Of a stretch of 64,000 nucleotides of DNA, positions 41,105-52,135 are shown one piece after another (position 1 is the first letter of the stretch; every line of letters begins with the position of its first letter). The position numbers and the translations under genes were made by a program. The stretch is taken from positions 24,156-88,155 of the forward strand of contig JABHFS010000001.1 of the NCBI GenBank assembly GCA_018672475.1, given 5' to 3'. Below the pieces are notes generated by a model. The model worked only from the letters and a program-made list of their open reading frames with translations, did no database searches and was not told the origin of the DNA. Source of the DNA: Gemmatimonadota bacterium. GTDB taxonomy: Bacteria; Latescibacterota; UBA2968; UBA8231.

Positions 41105-44100
41105 ATGCCGCTGCGGTTTTACCCTTTTTTCTTTTTTCTTTTTTCTCCATTACATATATCAGCGGCGGAATTCGTTTGCGCCGTTGCTGCGCCATCTGCT
41201 AAGATCGGGCTGCAAGCTCCGGAAAGCTTGAGCGCATTGGTCCTCTTTGCGCAATTCCAGGATGAGGGTGCCGGGGAATCTGCGCCTTCATGGGCTGGAG
41301 ATCTTTTTACCGCGGACATGCCCGGCAGTTTCGCGCACTTTTATCGCTCGATGTCCGGTGGCCGATTAGCGGTCGAAGGACAGGTGCTGCCGCGACGGTA
41401 TCGCTCGTTACAGGGGGCGGATGCCTATCTGGCGGAGACGCCGGGGACTTTGGGCGGTTACGGGCGTTTCAATCGTGAAATCCTTGCTCTGGCCGACGGG
41501 GACATTGATCTGGGGCTGTTCGACAATGACGGTCCGGATGGAATGCCGAATTCGGGTGATGACGACGGCTATGTGGATATCGTCTTTATCAATTTGCATA
41601 CAGTGCCGCGCGATTTTTTTATCAGCACGGCGACCGGCATCGCCTCGCTGGGTTTAGACGCCGATTTTATCAGCGATGATCTGGCGGCAGATGGTGGTTT
41701 TGTGCGGGTGCGCAGCCGTTTCACCGGTTTTGGCGGCACGACACAGAGAGGGCATACCTTTAGCGTTACGGCCTCGACGATGTGCCACGAATTCGCGCAT
41801 GTATTGGGGCTGCCGGACCTTTTCGACCAGACCTCGGTTACGGCAGCGGGAGCGTTAGCTCCAGAGGAAGATTCGGCGGGTATCGGCAAGTGGGGGATTA
41901 TGGGGCTGGGGACTCTGGGGTGGGGTGTGGAAGATGGACCGAATGCCTTTTCTGCCTGGTCGTTGGCCGAGCTTGGGTGGGTTGAGGTGGTGGATCTGTT
42001 ACAGGACGTGCGGGGTCTGGAGATCGATGAGATTTTCAGCGGCCGGCGCATATACAAAATAGCGTTGACTGAAGACGAGTATTTTCTGCTTGAACACCGG
42101 CAGGCGGGGAGTTCTTATTACAATCGCAATATTCCCCAGGATGGGCTACTCATATGGCATGTCGACGAACGGGCGGACAACGACGAAGAGCGGCATAAGC
42201 AGGTCGACTTGGTCTGCGCCGACGGGCTTTTTGCCGATCGGGGATTTCCCGGAGCCGTCGAAGACCCGGTCGAGGGCGGTGATAATCTCGATTTTTGGTC
42301 GCGTGACGACGCTTATGCGCAAGTCCATAATGGTAACCAAGGGGATGCGACGGATCCTTTTGACGGGGTGCGTTTCGACCGTTTCGCCTGGGATACTAAT
42401 CCAACTTTTAGCGCTCATATGGGTTTCACGCGGAATTTACCCTTGGGGGTGGCGGTGGAGAATATCCGTCGGCGCGGCGCGGTGATGCTCGTCGATGTAG
42501 TTCGACTGGAGTTGCCCGGACATATTGCGAATAATACAAGGTGGTCGGGGCGAGTGGATCTCGACGCGGACATTGTCGTAGAGCCGGGCGCGAAATTGAC
42601 CATCGCGGCCGATACTCAAGTGCGCTTTGCCCGCGGTGACAAACGGGGTTCGGGGTTTGACCCGGATCGCGGTGAATTGATCGTTTACGGGGATCTCGAG
42701 GTTGGATCGGGGGTTAGCTTTGCCTCAAGCGCGGCGCGCACGGGGGCATTGGATTGGTCGGGTATTTACTTGCTCGACGGTCAGGCCGCGAATTTCGCGG
42801 CGATACCGCTTGAAAACGCCCATCGTGGTCTGGTGCGCTATCGGTTGCCGCAGGGACAGACGCAGTGGACCGACGATCAGGAAATACACGCTGATCTATT
42901 GGTTCCCGCAGGGGCTGAATTGAGGATCGGTCCGGGGGTACTGGCTTTTTTTGATAGGATTGATCGCAGTCAGCGCGGTATCTCGCCGAGTCTCGTCGAA
43001 CTCGTCGTTGAGGGGGTATTGACGATCGAGGGTGAGGCGGGGAACTTGGCGCGGTTGACGACCGACCCGGGGCTGGACAACGATGGTCTCTGGTACGGTA
43101 TTCGCGTAATGCCCGGAGCTCAGGTTGACGTGCGTTATGCGCAATTGGACCGGGCTGGTTTCGGTTTCAGTGGCGAAGTCGACAAGAATACAGGTTTGCG
43201 CATCGCGGATACTGTTGTGCGTGAAAATGGCGGCAATGGATTGCGTTTGACTCTCAACGGCGAGGCGCAAATCGACCGCAGTCTGTTCACGGTTATCACC
43301 GGTGCGGCTTTGCGCCTGGATGGCAGTGGCTTGCTGCGCTTACGCAATTCGCGGGTTGAGGGTAATGGCCAGGAGGGGATTCTGCTCAACAACGCCTCAT
43401 TGGAAGCGATCCGCGTTGTGGTGACGAACAATGGTCTGCTCGATCCGGAGGACCCGCGTTCGGGGGTGCGGGCGGTCGGGGGCAGCGGCCAAAAGATTGA
43501 GATATGGGCCTCGGAGATTGAGCGGAGCACGCAGCACGGCTTGGACTTAGAGGAGTGGTTGGGTGAGGTGGAACTGCACGATAGCCGTATCGGCGCCAAC
43601 CAGCGCGACGGTTTGCGCGCAATGGGCGTAGAACGTCTGGTGTTCGAGCAGGTGCTCGTGGAGCGCAACTTACGCGGTGGGGCGGTGGTTGCGGGTTCGC
43701 CGGTGGAGATCTGGACTTCTACGTTTAGCGCGAATATCGGCGCGGGGCTGCACTTGGGACCAGGGTCCACAGGCGCTATTGAAATGAGCAAATTCCGCGG
43801 CGGGCGGGGATTGCAGTTACAGGGAGTGGCGCAATTGTCGATGCGCGAAAACGATTTTGTCAACGCGACCTTGGGGCTCTCCTCCGACGATTCGACACCG
43901 AGTATCCGCCTTAATCGCTTTACCGGTAATGCCACCGCGATTCGCGTCGAGGGGCAACGGGTACCGGAGGAAATTCGCGGCAATGTCTTTACTGACAATG
44001 CGACCGCGCTTGAAAACCGGAGCGCGGCGAGGTTGGACGCGAAAGATAATTACTGGGGCACGGCTGATAGTTCGGCGATTGCCAGGCAGATCAAAGGCGC

Positions 44101-44452
44101 GGTAGAATGGGCACCCTTTCTGCCCGAAGAGGGGGCGGTCGTGACAGTGGCATCGGAGGTGGGTGCCCTGCCTGCCAATTTTGCGCTCTATCCCGCTTAT
44201 CCGAATCCCTTTAATGCACAGGTCACCTTGTCGTTTGATTTACCACGGTCGACGGCGGTCGAGCTGGTCCTTTATGACGCATTGGGGCGGCCGGTGCGCC
44301 GTCTCGTCGGCGGGGCGCTGGAAGCCGGCGCCTATCGCTTGGATTGGGACGGGCGCGATGAGAGGGGCAAACGGGTCGCTTCGGGGATTTATTTTATTCG
44401 GCTGGTGGCCGGGTCTTTTGCCGAGACGGGCCGAATTGCCCTAGTGCGTTGA
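41105..44452 (+). CDS. Secreted M6 (immune inhibitor A-like) metalloprotease with beta-helix and C-terminal sorting/FlgD-Ig domain
   Basis: Signal peptide; HEFAHVLGLPD; WGIMG Met-turn; GLLIWH; NYWG; YPNPFN..WDG..VASGIY. Confidence 0.88.
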   Translation: MPLRFYPFFFFLFSPLHISAAEFVCAVAAPSAKIGLQAPESLSALVLFAQFQDEGAGESAPSWAGDLFTADMPGSFAHFYRSMSGGRLAVEGQVLPRRYRSLQGADAYLAETPGTLGGYGRFNREILALADGDIDLGLFDNDGPDGMPNSGDDDGYVDIVFINLHTVPRDFFISTATGIASLGLDADFISDDLAADGGFVRVRSRFTGFGGTTQRGHTFSVTASTMCHEFAHVLGLPDLFDQTSVTAAGALAPEEDSAGIGKWGIMGLGTLGWGVEDGPNAFSAWSLAELGWVEVVDLLQDVRGLEIDEIFSGRRIYKIALTEDEYFLLEHRQAGSSYYNRNIPQDGLLIWHVDERADNDEERHKQVDLVCADGLFADRGFPGAVEDPVEGGDNLDFWSRDDAYAQVHNGNQGDATDPFDGVRFDRFAWDTNPTFSAHMGFTRNLPLGVAVENIRRRGAVMLVDVVRLELPGHIANNTRWSGRVDLDADIVVEPGAKLTIAADTQVRFARGDKRGSGFDPDRGELIVYGDLEVGSGVSFASSAARTGALDWSGIYLLDGQAANFAAIPLENAHRGLVRYRLPQGQTQWTDDQEIHADLLVPAGAELRIGPGVLAFFDRIDRSQRGISPSLVELVVEGVLTIEGEAGNLARLTTDPGLDNDGLWYGIRVMPGAQVDVRYAQLDRAGFGFSGEVDKNTGLRIADTVVRENGGNGLRLTLNGEAQIDRSLFTVITGAALRLDGSGLLRLRNSRVEGNGQEGILLNNASLEAIRVVVTNNGLLDPEDPRSGVRAVGGSGQKIEIWASEIERSTQHGLDLEEWLGEVELHDSRIGANQRDGLRAMGVERLVFEQVLVERNLRGGAVVAGSPVEIWTSTFSANIGAGLHLGPGSTGAIEMSKFRGGRGLQLQGVAQLSMRENDFVNATLGLSSDDSTPSIRLNRFTGNATAIRVEGQRVPEEIRGNVFTDNATALENRSAARLDAKDNYWGTADSSAIARQIKGAVEWAPFLPEEGAVVTVASEVGALPANFALYPAYPNPFNAQVTLSFDLPRSTAVELVLYDALGRPVRRLVGGALEAGAYRLDWDGRDERGKRVASGIYFIRLVAGSFAETGRIALVR

Positions 44453-44552
44453 ACCCTTTGACGCTTTTATAGGATATTGACCTGGGGGGTGGTATGGGCG
44501 CCATCGCCGTGGATCAGTGCGCAGCCCGGTCCGCTAGAAGCTGTAGATCAAT

Positions 44553-44600
44553 AAACGCAAAAGAGCCAATCTGGTTTCCCGGACCGGCTCTTTTGCGTTT
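44553..44600. terminator. Bidirectional terminator-like hairpin between convergent genes
   Basis: 15-bp IR AAACGCAAAAGAGCC / GGCTCTTTTGCGTTT. Confidence 0.75.
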
Positions 44601-44612
44601 TGCGTTATTCCC

Positions 44613-46043
44613 TCAGACGCGCAATTGCTTTTTGATCAATTCCTGTACCAATTGTGGATTGGCCTTGCCGCGGGTCTCCTTCATCACTTGGCCCATCAGG
44701 AATTGCACGGTCTTCAAATTACCGTCCTTTATTTTTTCCGCCGCATCTGGGTTCGCCTCGATGACTTTGGCCACCGCTTCGTCGAGCTCGCTGGTGTCGG
44801 AGATCTGCTTGAGGCCCTTGGTTTCGACAATCGCGGCGGGTGAGCCGCCCTTTTCCCAGAGTTCGGTGAAGACTTCGCGGGCGGCGTTCTGGTTGATGGC
44901 GCCGTCTTTGACCAGGGCCAGTAGTTCGACGAGTGCGGCGGGTGAAACTTTGGCGTCGGCGATTAAAACATCCTCATCGTTGAGGCGGCGGAATATCTCT
45001 CCGGTGACCCAGTTGGCAACTGATTTGGGGTCGGCGCCGGAGTGTTGCGCGGCTTCTTCAAAGTAGGCGGCTACCGCGGCGTCTTCGATCAGGACCGCTA
45101 TATCTTTTTGGTTGAGGCCATAAATTTCGCTGAAACGAGCGGCCTTGTCGGCGGGCAGCTCGGGCAGCTCGCGGCCGACCCGGTTGATCCACTCGACTTC
45201 GAGATGCACGTCGAGCAAGTCGGGCTCGGGGAAATAGCGATAATCTTCTGAAGTTTCCTTGGAGCGCTGTTCGCGGGTGACGCCCATCTGCTCATCCCAG
45301 CCCATGGTTACCTGACGGACTTGGCCGCCTTCTTCGATGACCTGCTGTTGGCGTTCGACTTCATAGGCGATGGCGTTGCGTACGGCGCGGAAGGAATTGA
45401 GGTTTTTTACTTCTACCTTGGTGCCAAACTCGTCCGAGCCCTCGGGTCGGATCGAGATATTGGCTTCGCAGCGCATTGCACCCTTTTCCATATCGCCTGA
45501 GGAAGCGCCTAAGTAGCGGACGACTTGGCGGATCTTGTTGAGATAGTCGAAGGCCTCGTCGGCCGAGCGGATTGAGGCGTCGGTGACGATCTCCATCAGC
45601 GGTACGCCGGCGCGATTGTAGTCGATCAGGCTGGCGCGGCCGGTGTGCTGGAGTTTACCGGTGTCTTCTTCTAGATGTACGCGTTCGACGCCGATTTTTT
45701 TAGGGCCGTCCTCGCTGGTTATCTCGACCCAGCCATCCTCGCATAATGGCAGCTCGTATTGCGATACCTGGTAGCCTTTGGGTAGGTCGGGGTAGAGGTA
45801 GTTTTTGCGAGCGAAGACGTTGTGCGGCCTGATCTGGCAATGCAGGGCCAAGCCGGTCATCGCCGTGAGTTCCATCGCTCGGCCGTTGATTACGGGTAGG
45901 GCGCCAGGTTGTGCCGTGCAGACGGGGCAGATATGGGTGTTGGCTTCGACCTGGAAATGATCGGCGGCGCAACCGCAGAACATCTTCGAGGCGGTTTGTA
46001 GTTCGACATGGACTTCCATGCCGATGACGGTTTCGTAACGCAA
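44613..46043 (-). CDS. gatB: Asp/Glu-tRNA amidotransferase subunit B
   Basis: TTG start after AGAGGAG; [56 protein letters not shown]. Confidence 0.97.
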   Translation of the reverse strand: MRYETVIGMEVHVELQTASKMFCGCAADHFQVEANTHICPVCTAQPGALPVINGRAMELTAMTGLALHCQIRPHNVFARKNYLYPDLPKGYQVSQYELPLCEDGWVEITSEDGPKKIGVERVHLEEDTGKLQHTGRASLIDYNRAGVPLMEIVTDASIRSADEAFDYLNKIRQVVRYLGASSGDMEKGAMRCEANISIRPEGSDEFGTKVEVKNLNSFRAVRNAIAYEVERQQQVIEEGGQVRQVTMGWDEQMGVTREQRSKETSEDYRYFPEPDLLDVHLEVEWINRVGRELPELPADKAARFSEIYGLNQKDIAVLIEDAAVAAYFEEAAQHSGADPKSVANWVTGEIFRRLNDEDVLIADAKVSPAALVELLALVKDGAINQNAAREVFTELWEKGGSPAAIVETKGLKQISDTSELDEAVAKVIEANPDAAEKIKDGNLKTVQFLMGQVMKETRGKANPQLVQELIKKQLRV

Positions 46044-46072
46044 GGGGCTTGCTCCTCTAGCTGCACTTGGAC

Positions 46073-46163
46073 GGACGGACCGAGGGTATTCCCTTTGCTT
46101 ATTCTCGGATCGCAATCCTACGATCCTCCGAGGGGTGTCTATGGGAATACCCTCGGTCCGTCC
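46073..46163. repeat. Long palindromic element upstream of gatB
   Basis: Perfect 21-bp IR GGACGGACCGAGGGTATTCCC (46073-46093 / 46143-46163) with an inner stem. Confidence 0.8.
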
Positions 46164-46246
46164 TGCGGTGTTTCAGTGGGTGGTGCTAGGACAAAGAACG
46201 ACTGCTTTAGCTCGGTCTGGATAAATGTAAAAATAAGAATAGGCGG

Positions 46247-46290
46247 TCTTTTCGCCCACCCTCAAATGGTGAGAGCGGGCGAAAAAGAAA
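46247..46290 (-). terminator. Intrinsic terminator of the VOC-S9 peptidase unit
   Basis: TTTTCGCCC / GGGCGAAAA stem with A-run (U-tract on the minus strand). Confidence 0.7.
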
Positions 46291-46307
46291 GGCTTTGCAA
46301 TTTTCGC

Positions 46308-48185
46308 TCAAGCGAAGAGCACGTGCTGGCGGAGGAAGGCCTCGCAGGAAGTGTAGAAAGATTGGATGGTTTCGGGTGTACGCCAGCCGTGGCCTTCGCC
46401 CTCGTAGAGGTGGTATTCGTGGGGGATATTGCGGCGGCGCAGGGACGCGACGATTTCTTGGGCTTGTGAAGGCGGGACGACCTTGTCGTCGCTGCCTTGA
46501 AAGATGGCTATCGGGTCGCGAAGCTGGTCGGCGGAATAGATCGGCGAGCGCTCGCGGTAGAGGTCGCCGGCTTCGGGCAAGGGGCCGAGCAGCGAGTCTA
46601 GGTAATAGGCTTCGAATTTATGGGTGTCGGCGGCGAGGGTGAAGAGATTGGAAATACCGTAGAGGCAGACACCGGCACGAAAGAATCCCGGTTGAACGGT
46701 GAGTGCGCGCAAGACGGTGTAGCCACCGGCGCTGCCGCCCATGATCACTATGCGCTTGGGGTCGGCTAACCCCGTATCGCTAAGGTGTTGAGCGCCGCCG
46801 ACGGCATCTTCGACATCGAGGATGCCCCAGTTGCCGCGCAGGGCTTTCATGTATTTGCGCCCATGGCCGGTGCTGCCGCGATAATCGATGTCGAGCACGG
46901 CCCAGCCGCGGGTGGCGAAATATTGATTTTTGGCCTCAAAACCGGTCTCGATCTGAGTGGTTGGTCCACCGTGTATCATAACGATGAGAGGCGGTCGACC
47001 GCGCCCGGAAAAACGGCTGCTGGCGGGCGGGTAATACAGGCCGTGAACCGTAGTCGAATCCGGCGCCGCCCAGGAGACGGGATCGGGTGCGGAGAGGTCG
47101 GCGGAGGCCAAAGACTCGCCGCTTGAACGGGCGCGTATTTCGCTTTTGCTGGCGGTGCAGGAGACGATGCGGGCCGGGGTCGCGCTCGATGCGGCGATGC
47201 AGGCTAGGCCCTTCCCGCGCGGGGCGGCGGCGATCTGTTCTATATGGGAATATCCAGCGAGTGCCAAGATTGGAGTGATGGTACCGGTCTGCAAGTTGAG
47301 GCTGTGGGCGCGGCGTTGGCTGTTTTCGCCGCGGATAAAATACAGAGTATGGCTATCGGCTGAAAACGAAAAGGCTCTAAGCCCTTGGATCCAGGCAGGG
47401 CCGGCAACGTCGTGGGCGTCTTCGCTTAGGCAGCGGGTCTCGCCGCTTGCTAGGTCGCGAAGCCAGAGATTGCTGTGACCGCGCTGGTCGGAAGCGTAGA
47501 CCAGATGGCGGCCGTTGGGGGAGAAATGGGGTTGCGCGACGACGGTGTCGATGTCTCCGGCGAGGGTTGTCTTGTTGCGGAGGCAGGGCAGGCCGTCGCG
47601 GCTGCGCGCGAGTTGTGCGAGCATCAACCGGGTCCCGTCCCAGGGCATTTGCGGGTGGTCCCATTCTATCCAGGCAAGGCGGTCGCCTTTGGGGTGCCAG
47701 GCCGGTTGCATATAGAAATCGGCTCCGGTGACCAGTCGTTGCGGCCAATGGTGTCCTTCGGTGTCGACAACGGCCAAACTATCGCGGCCTTCATCGCTGT
47801 GTACATAGACCAGATGTCGGCCATCCGGTGAGGGCGTCGGCGATGCGGCCGAACCGAACTCGGGGGTGATGGGGTGTGCAGGACCACTCGCGAGCGCTTG
47901 TCTGTAGAGGCGACCGGAGTATTCGACGAAGTAGGCGTGGCCACGGGCGACGGCGAAATCGCCGCCGCCATAGCCGACTTGTGCGCGAACCGAGAGCGTG
48001 GTGTTGAGATCGCGCGGCGCTTCGCCGTGCGGCTGGCAGACCAGTGTGCCTTGTGGCCCCCGGCCCTCGAGCCAGACGAGGGTGCGGCCGTCGGAATCCC
48101 AAGCCAGGTCGCGGAAACGCGTAGCGGCGGCCAGATCGCCGGGCGCGAGGGGGCTTGGCCAGAGGCCGAAGGGACGGACTTCCAT
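46308..48185 (-). CDS. S9 family (prolyl oligopeptidase-like) peptidase
   Basis: Propeller with WDHPQMPWD; HGGPT, YRGSTG, GGSAGG, QGSDD, GEGHG. Confidence 0.94.
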   Translation of the reverse strand: MEVRPFGLWPSPLAPGDLAAATRFRDLAWDSDGRTLVWLEGRGPQGTLVCQPHGEAPRDLNTTLSVRAQVGYGGGDFAVARGHAYFVEYSGRLYRQALASGPAHPITPEFGSAASPTPSPDGRHLVYVHSDEGRDSLAVVDTEGHHWPQRLVTGADFYMQPAWHPKGDRLAWIEWDHPQMPWDGTRLMLAQLARSRDGLPCLRNKTTLAGDIDTVVAQPHFSPNGRHLVYASDQRGHSNLWLRDLASGETRCLSEDAHDVAGPAWIQGLRAFSFSADSHTLYFIRGENSQRRAHSLNLQTGTITPILALAGYSHIEQIAAAPRGKGLACIAASSATPARIVSCTASKSEIRARSSGESLASADLSAPDPVSWAAPDSTTVHGLYYPPASSRFSGRGRPPLIVMIHGGPTTQIETGFEAKNQYFATRGWAVLDIDYRGSTGHGRKYMKALRGNWGILDVEDAVGGAQHLSDTGLADPKRIVIMGGSAGGYTVLRALTVQPGFFRAGVCLYGISNLFTLAADTHKFEAYYLDSLLGPLPEAGDLYRERSPIYSADQLRDPIAIFQGSDDKVVPPSQAQEIVASLRRRNIPHEYHLYEGEGHGWRTPETIQSFYTSCEAFLRQHVLFA

Positions 48186-48560
48186 CTACTGTAATTCCAT
48201 CAACTCGATTTTGACTTGGTCGGGGCCGTTTATAAAGACGATGCGCATGCCGTTTTCAAGGGTTACGGGCCCCATCCAGATCTCGACGCCTTGTGCTTCG
48301 ATATCGGCGAGGCTTTGGTCGAAGTCGTCGGTGTTGAGGGCGAAGTGGTCGTAGCCTTGGTAACGGCCGAGGTCCATGTCGGTGAATTCGCGATCGGTGA
48401 CTGTGATTTGCGTGGCGCCGATGTGCACGGGGACCCAGGTGGCACCGCCGCGCTCAAAGGGTTCGTCGCTGGTGGCGTTGAAGATTTTTTTGTACCAGGC
48501 GACCGCTTCGTCGACGTTTTTGGTCTCGTGATGGATATGGTTGAAGGTGTAGTTGGGCAT
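48186..48560 (-). CDS. VOC/glyoxalase family protein
   Basis: NHIH, DHFAL, GPDQVKIELME. Confidence 0.88.
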   Translation of the reverse strand: MPNYTFNHIHHETKNVDEAVAWYKKIFNATSDEPFERGGATWVPVHIGATQITVTDREFTDMDLGRYQGYDHFALNTDDFDQSLADIEAQGVEIWMGPVTLENGMRIVFINGPDQVKIELMELQ

Positions 48561-48789
48561 GGTTCGGCTCCTTGGTTAGTTAAATATGCTGTATGGGACC
48601 TCTTTGAGGGGTGCGTCTCCGGTGTTGTTTATTTAAAGTCCTCTCGCCCGTCGCCCCTCTTCATCGCACCACTCCTTAAATAACCGTGCGGCGGACCCTG
48701 TAAAGGCTTGCTTGGAAGATGGTTTTATATTTATGGTCCGCGGCACATAGTAGGCAATTAACAGCCCTATTGATTGTTGGGCTAAGGGT

Positions 48790-49944
48790 TTACGTTTCTG
48801 TTGGTTTCTTCCTGAATTCGTGGTAATCGTCGCTGTACAATAGATCTTTCAGGTTTATGCGCTGGCCGTCGAGTTGGTCAGAGATATTGGCACCGAGTAC
48901 GGCTGCGTGGCTGTTCAGGCTGGAGGTGAAGGTGTTGAGCAAAGGGTCTTCGCTCTTTGCGCCGACAGCGGTGACGAAGGCGCGGGCGATCTCTAAGGTG
49001 GTGTTGTTGCGCGGGCCGAAGTCGAGGTCGTGCCCGAGGGCGGTGGGATCTACCTTGCCTTCGGGCGGCGGGTAAGGGCCGTCGTAATAATAGGCGACCG
49101 GGCCGTTGTCGCCGTCGATTTTTAGATGGCCGCGATCCCACATGATGTCGTGGTAGTTGTCGCCCCAGAAAGTTTTGCGCAGACGGCTCATGATTAGATG
49201 GGCGATGGCGCCGGATTCGAAACCGTAGGTGACGGAATAGGCATCGGGGTTGTCGCCACCGTCTTCGATATCGTCCGCGGCGCGTTGTATATAACGCGCT
49301 TCGGTCCAAGCGATGTCGCCGGCCCAGAAGCGCATCAGGTCGGTCTGGTGGATGCCGGCTTCGACTACGGTGGAGCCGGACCAGGCGCGGTTGGCTGTCC
49401 AAACTCTGTTTTGCGGGCCGCCGACGGTCTCGGTGTGCGTGTGTTTGGTGGAATGCGATTCGAGCGTGCTGTTGACCACGTAGGTCATCATCAGCAGTCG
49501 CTTGTCGGCAAGGAAATTACGGATCCCGATATGCCAATTGTCGTGTCGCTGCTGGAATCCGACCGTCGAGATAATGCCGGATTCGCGGATGGTGCGCTCC
49601 ATTTTCAACATTTCGTCGAGAAAGAGACTGACCGGTTTTTCGGCGAAGAGGTGGATGCCCGCCTGTGCGGCCTGCAGTAATTCGCCTTGGTGGAGCGAGG
49701 GGGGAATGGCGAAGTATATTGCGTCGAAGCCGCCGGCGGTGAGCAGGTCGGCGAAGGTGCCGTAGGTGCGAATGCCGTCGAGGCTAAAGCCTTCGACGAA
49801 CTGCTGAATCTTGTTTTCCGCGAGATTGCCGGCGAAGGGGTCACAAAGCGCGACAATGTGCGCCTCGTCGAGTTGCCAGAGGGCGTTGAGGTGTTGCAAG
49901 CCGCGCTGGCCTAATCCGACGACGGCGATAGAAACCGTTGTCAT
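48790..49944 (-). CDS. Gfo/Idh/MocA family oxidoreductase
   Basis: VVGLGQRG, IPPSLH, AEKP, VGFQQR, GIHQTD. Confidence 0.9.
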   Translation of the reverse strand: MTTVSIAVVGLGQRGLQHLNALWQLDEAHIVALCDPFAGNLAENKIQQFVEGFSLDGIRTYGTFADLLTAGGFDAIYFAIPPSLHQGELLQAAQAGIHLFAEKPVSLFLDEMLKMERTIRESGIISTVGFQQRHDNWHIGIRNFLADKRLLMMTYVVNSTLESHSTKHTHTETVGGPQNRVWTANRAWSGSTVVEAGIHQTDLMRFWAGDIAWTEARYIQRAADDIEDGGDNPDAYSVTYGFESGAIAHLIMSRLRKTFWGDNYHDIMWDRGHLKIDGDNGPVAYYYDGPYPPPEGKVDPTALGHDLDFGPRNNTTLEIARAFVTAVGAKSEDPLLNTFTSSLNSHAAVLGANISDQLDGQRINLKDLLYSDDYHEFRKKPTET

Positions 49945-50073
49945 TGAGGTGTTTCCTTCTTAATAGATGGAATTTAGCTGAATGGCTGCCTGAAAATTCG
50001 CAAAATGGGTCGTAGTGTCAAGGGTTTGCCCGTGTTGGGGGATCTTAGTACACTTAGCGCAGAGGTTTTAACT

Positions 50074-50643
50074 ATGAACAATGCCGAACATATGATCGAC
50101 CCTGAATGGCACAATGTCTTCCGCGAGGAAAGCCATGCCGAGGAACGTTTAGAGGACGCGCTGGACAGGATACCAATTTTTGGCATGTTATCGCCGGAGG
50201 AATTGGACTTGGTCGGTAGCATCGTCCATATCCGGACATTTAAGGCCGGCGAGACGGTTATCCGTCGTGGCGCGCAGCAGTCGGGGCTCTATCTGATTCG
50301 CACAGGGGCGGTAAATATCGTGCGGCGTACAGTGGATGGGGAGAATGAGGTGGTGGGCACGCTTTATCCGCCCGAGTTGTTGGGGGAATTTGCGCTATTG
50401 GACAGTACTCCGCGGAGTTCCTCGGTTGTTGCGGCAGAAATAAGTCAAGTGATCGGTTTTTTCAAACCGGACCTGATGGATATTTTGGTGACCAAGCCCG
50501 CCTTGGGCTGTAAGATTCTTCTGCGATTGGCCGAAGAGATGAACCGCACCCTGAGCAAGGACTACGGGCGGTTGCAAGCTGCGGGTTTTCCCTTCAGCCA
50601 AGATCGTGAGCAGGAAGCGAGAATCGATCCAATGGCATCATGA
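50074..50643 (+). CDS. Stand-alone cyclic nucleotide-binding domain protein
   Basis: LYLIRTGAV, LGEFALL..PRSSSVVA phosphate-binding cassette; no HTH. Confidence 0.88.
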   Translation: MNNAEHMIDPEWHNVFREESHAEERLEDALDRIPIFGMLSPEELDLVGSIVHIRTFKAGETVIRRGAQQSGLYLIRTGAVNIVRRTVDGENEVVGTLYPPELLGEFALLDSTPRSSSVVAAEISQVIGFFKPDLMDILVTKPALGCKILLRLAEEMNRTLSKDYGRLQAAGFPFSQDREQEARIDPMAS

Positions 50644-51026
50644 GCGACAAAAAGAAAAAACCGGCGGGCAAAAAAAAGAAGAAGGCCGCCAAGAAATCTT
50701 TGCTGACCCGGCTCTTCGGCGATAAAAAGGCGAAGGAAAACGGCAAGACGAAGAAAAAAACCGAAGCCAGGGGCAAGGCGCTGACGGCGTTGCAGCGTTC
50801 TATCTCTGAAATCAAACAGATGAAGAAAATCGGTGAGCGCGATCCCGAACGACTGGCGCAATTGCTGGCGACGATGTTGGGCCAAGAGCGGGCGAAAGCC
50901 GAAGAGGCCAAGCGCAAGCTTGACGAGCAGGTGTGGGACATCATTCACCGCGCCGAGCAGAAAGATGCCGCAACGTCCCCCGAAGAAGATGGGCACGACC
51001 CCGAAACCCCGATCTCCCCGAACTAA
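50640..51026 (+). CDS. Hypothetical Lys-rich helical protein
   Basis: ATGA overlap with the upstream gene; poly-Lys N-terminus. Confidence 0.65.
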   Translation: MSDKKKKPAGKKKKKAAKKSLLTRLFGDKKAKENGKTKKKTEARGKALTALQRSISEIKQMKKIGERDPERLAQLLATMLGQERAKAEEAKRKLDEQVWDIIHRAEQKDAATSPEEDGHDPETPISPN

Positions 51027-51030
51027 TTTT

Positions 51031-51849
51031 TTAGAGCGCTGCCGCGATGCCCTTCAGGTAGTGCAGGCTGCCGGCCGCGATACTGCGCGGGTCCGGGGCG
51101 AAGTCGAAAACCTCCACTGACACATAGCGCTGGTAATTTAGCTCGTTGAGGGTGCGCATTACGCTGACGAAATCGGTCTGGCCGAAACCCGGGCCGCGTT
51201 TGTTGGCGTCGTTGACGTGCACATGGTAGAGGTGCTCGCCCGAATCGCGCAGGAGTTGGTTGACGGGGGTCTCCTCGCTGGAGCCAGAGCACACGTCGAC
51301 CATCGTTTGGAAGTTGGAGTGGTTGATCTGCGCGACCATTTCGCGCGCTTCCGCGCAGGTGGAGACAATATTGGTCTGTTCCTTACTCAGCGACTCCATG
51401 CACAGGTAAACGCCGTATTGCTCGGCCAATTGTAAACCGCCCTCGAACGCTCCGCGCATGCGATCCCAGCATTCCTGGTAGTCCCAGCCTTCTTGCACGT
51501 TGCGTTGCATGGGCGAACCGATGATCATCACTTCGCCGCCGAGGTCGCCGCAAAATTGCACTAAGGCCTTGAAGTAAGCGCAGGTGCGTTGGTAGATCTC
51601 GGGGTCGGGATGGGTGATATAGAGGCCTTCGGGGCTGGCCAATAGCCAGTGCAGTCCGACGATTTCGACACCGGCCTTTTCGGCGGCGGCGCGGATTTCG
51701 TCGCGGCGTGCGGCGGAGATATCTTCGACACTAGGCCCCAGGGCGAAGGGGGCGATCTCGACGCCGTCGTAGCCGAGGTCGGCGGCATAGTTGAAGACGT
51801 CTTCGATTGCCCAATTTTCGAAGTATTCGTTACAGGTGGCGAATTTCAT
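51031..51849 (-). CDS. Sugar phosphate isomerase/epimerase (ketose 3-epimerase-like TIM barrel)
   Basis: GYDGVEIAP, GSPMQR, HVHVND..RGPGFG, SVEVFD. Confidence 0.9.
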   Translation of the reverse strand: MKFATCNEYFENWAIEDVFNYAADLGYDGVEIAPFALGPSVEDISAARRDEIRAAAEKAGVEIVGLHWLLASPEGLYITHPDPEIYQRTCAYFKALVQFCGDLGGEVMIIGSPMQRNVQEGWDYQECWDRMRGAFEGGLQLAEQYGVYLCMESLSKEQTNIVSTCAEAREMVAQINHSNFQTMVDVCSGSSEETPVNQLLRDSGEHLYHVHVNDANKRGPGFGQTDFVSVMRTLNELNYQRYVSVEVFDFAPDPRSIAAGSLHYLKGIAAAL

Positions 51850-52135
51850 TGTTGGCTACTCCTTGATGGGGATTGCGTCGAGGTGAGAAATGGTGGGGGG
51901 AAGATACTGGAGGGGGGAGTGTAGCGCAAAAGGGACAGGGGTGGGGGGGAAGGATACAGCGGAATATGCTGTGTGATCATCGGTGGTGGTGTCGAGGTTG
52001 GCCTTTTTACTTATTCTCGCCCGATTGCCTGTCGGGCTCCGAGGGCACTGCAAAGCCGCTCATGGGCCAATCCCGATACCGCTATTGTTGCAGTGTAAAC
52101 GGTGATTGCCAATTAAAAAAAGAGATGGAGAATAT

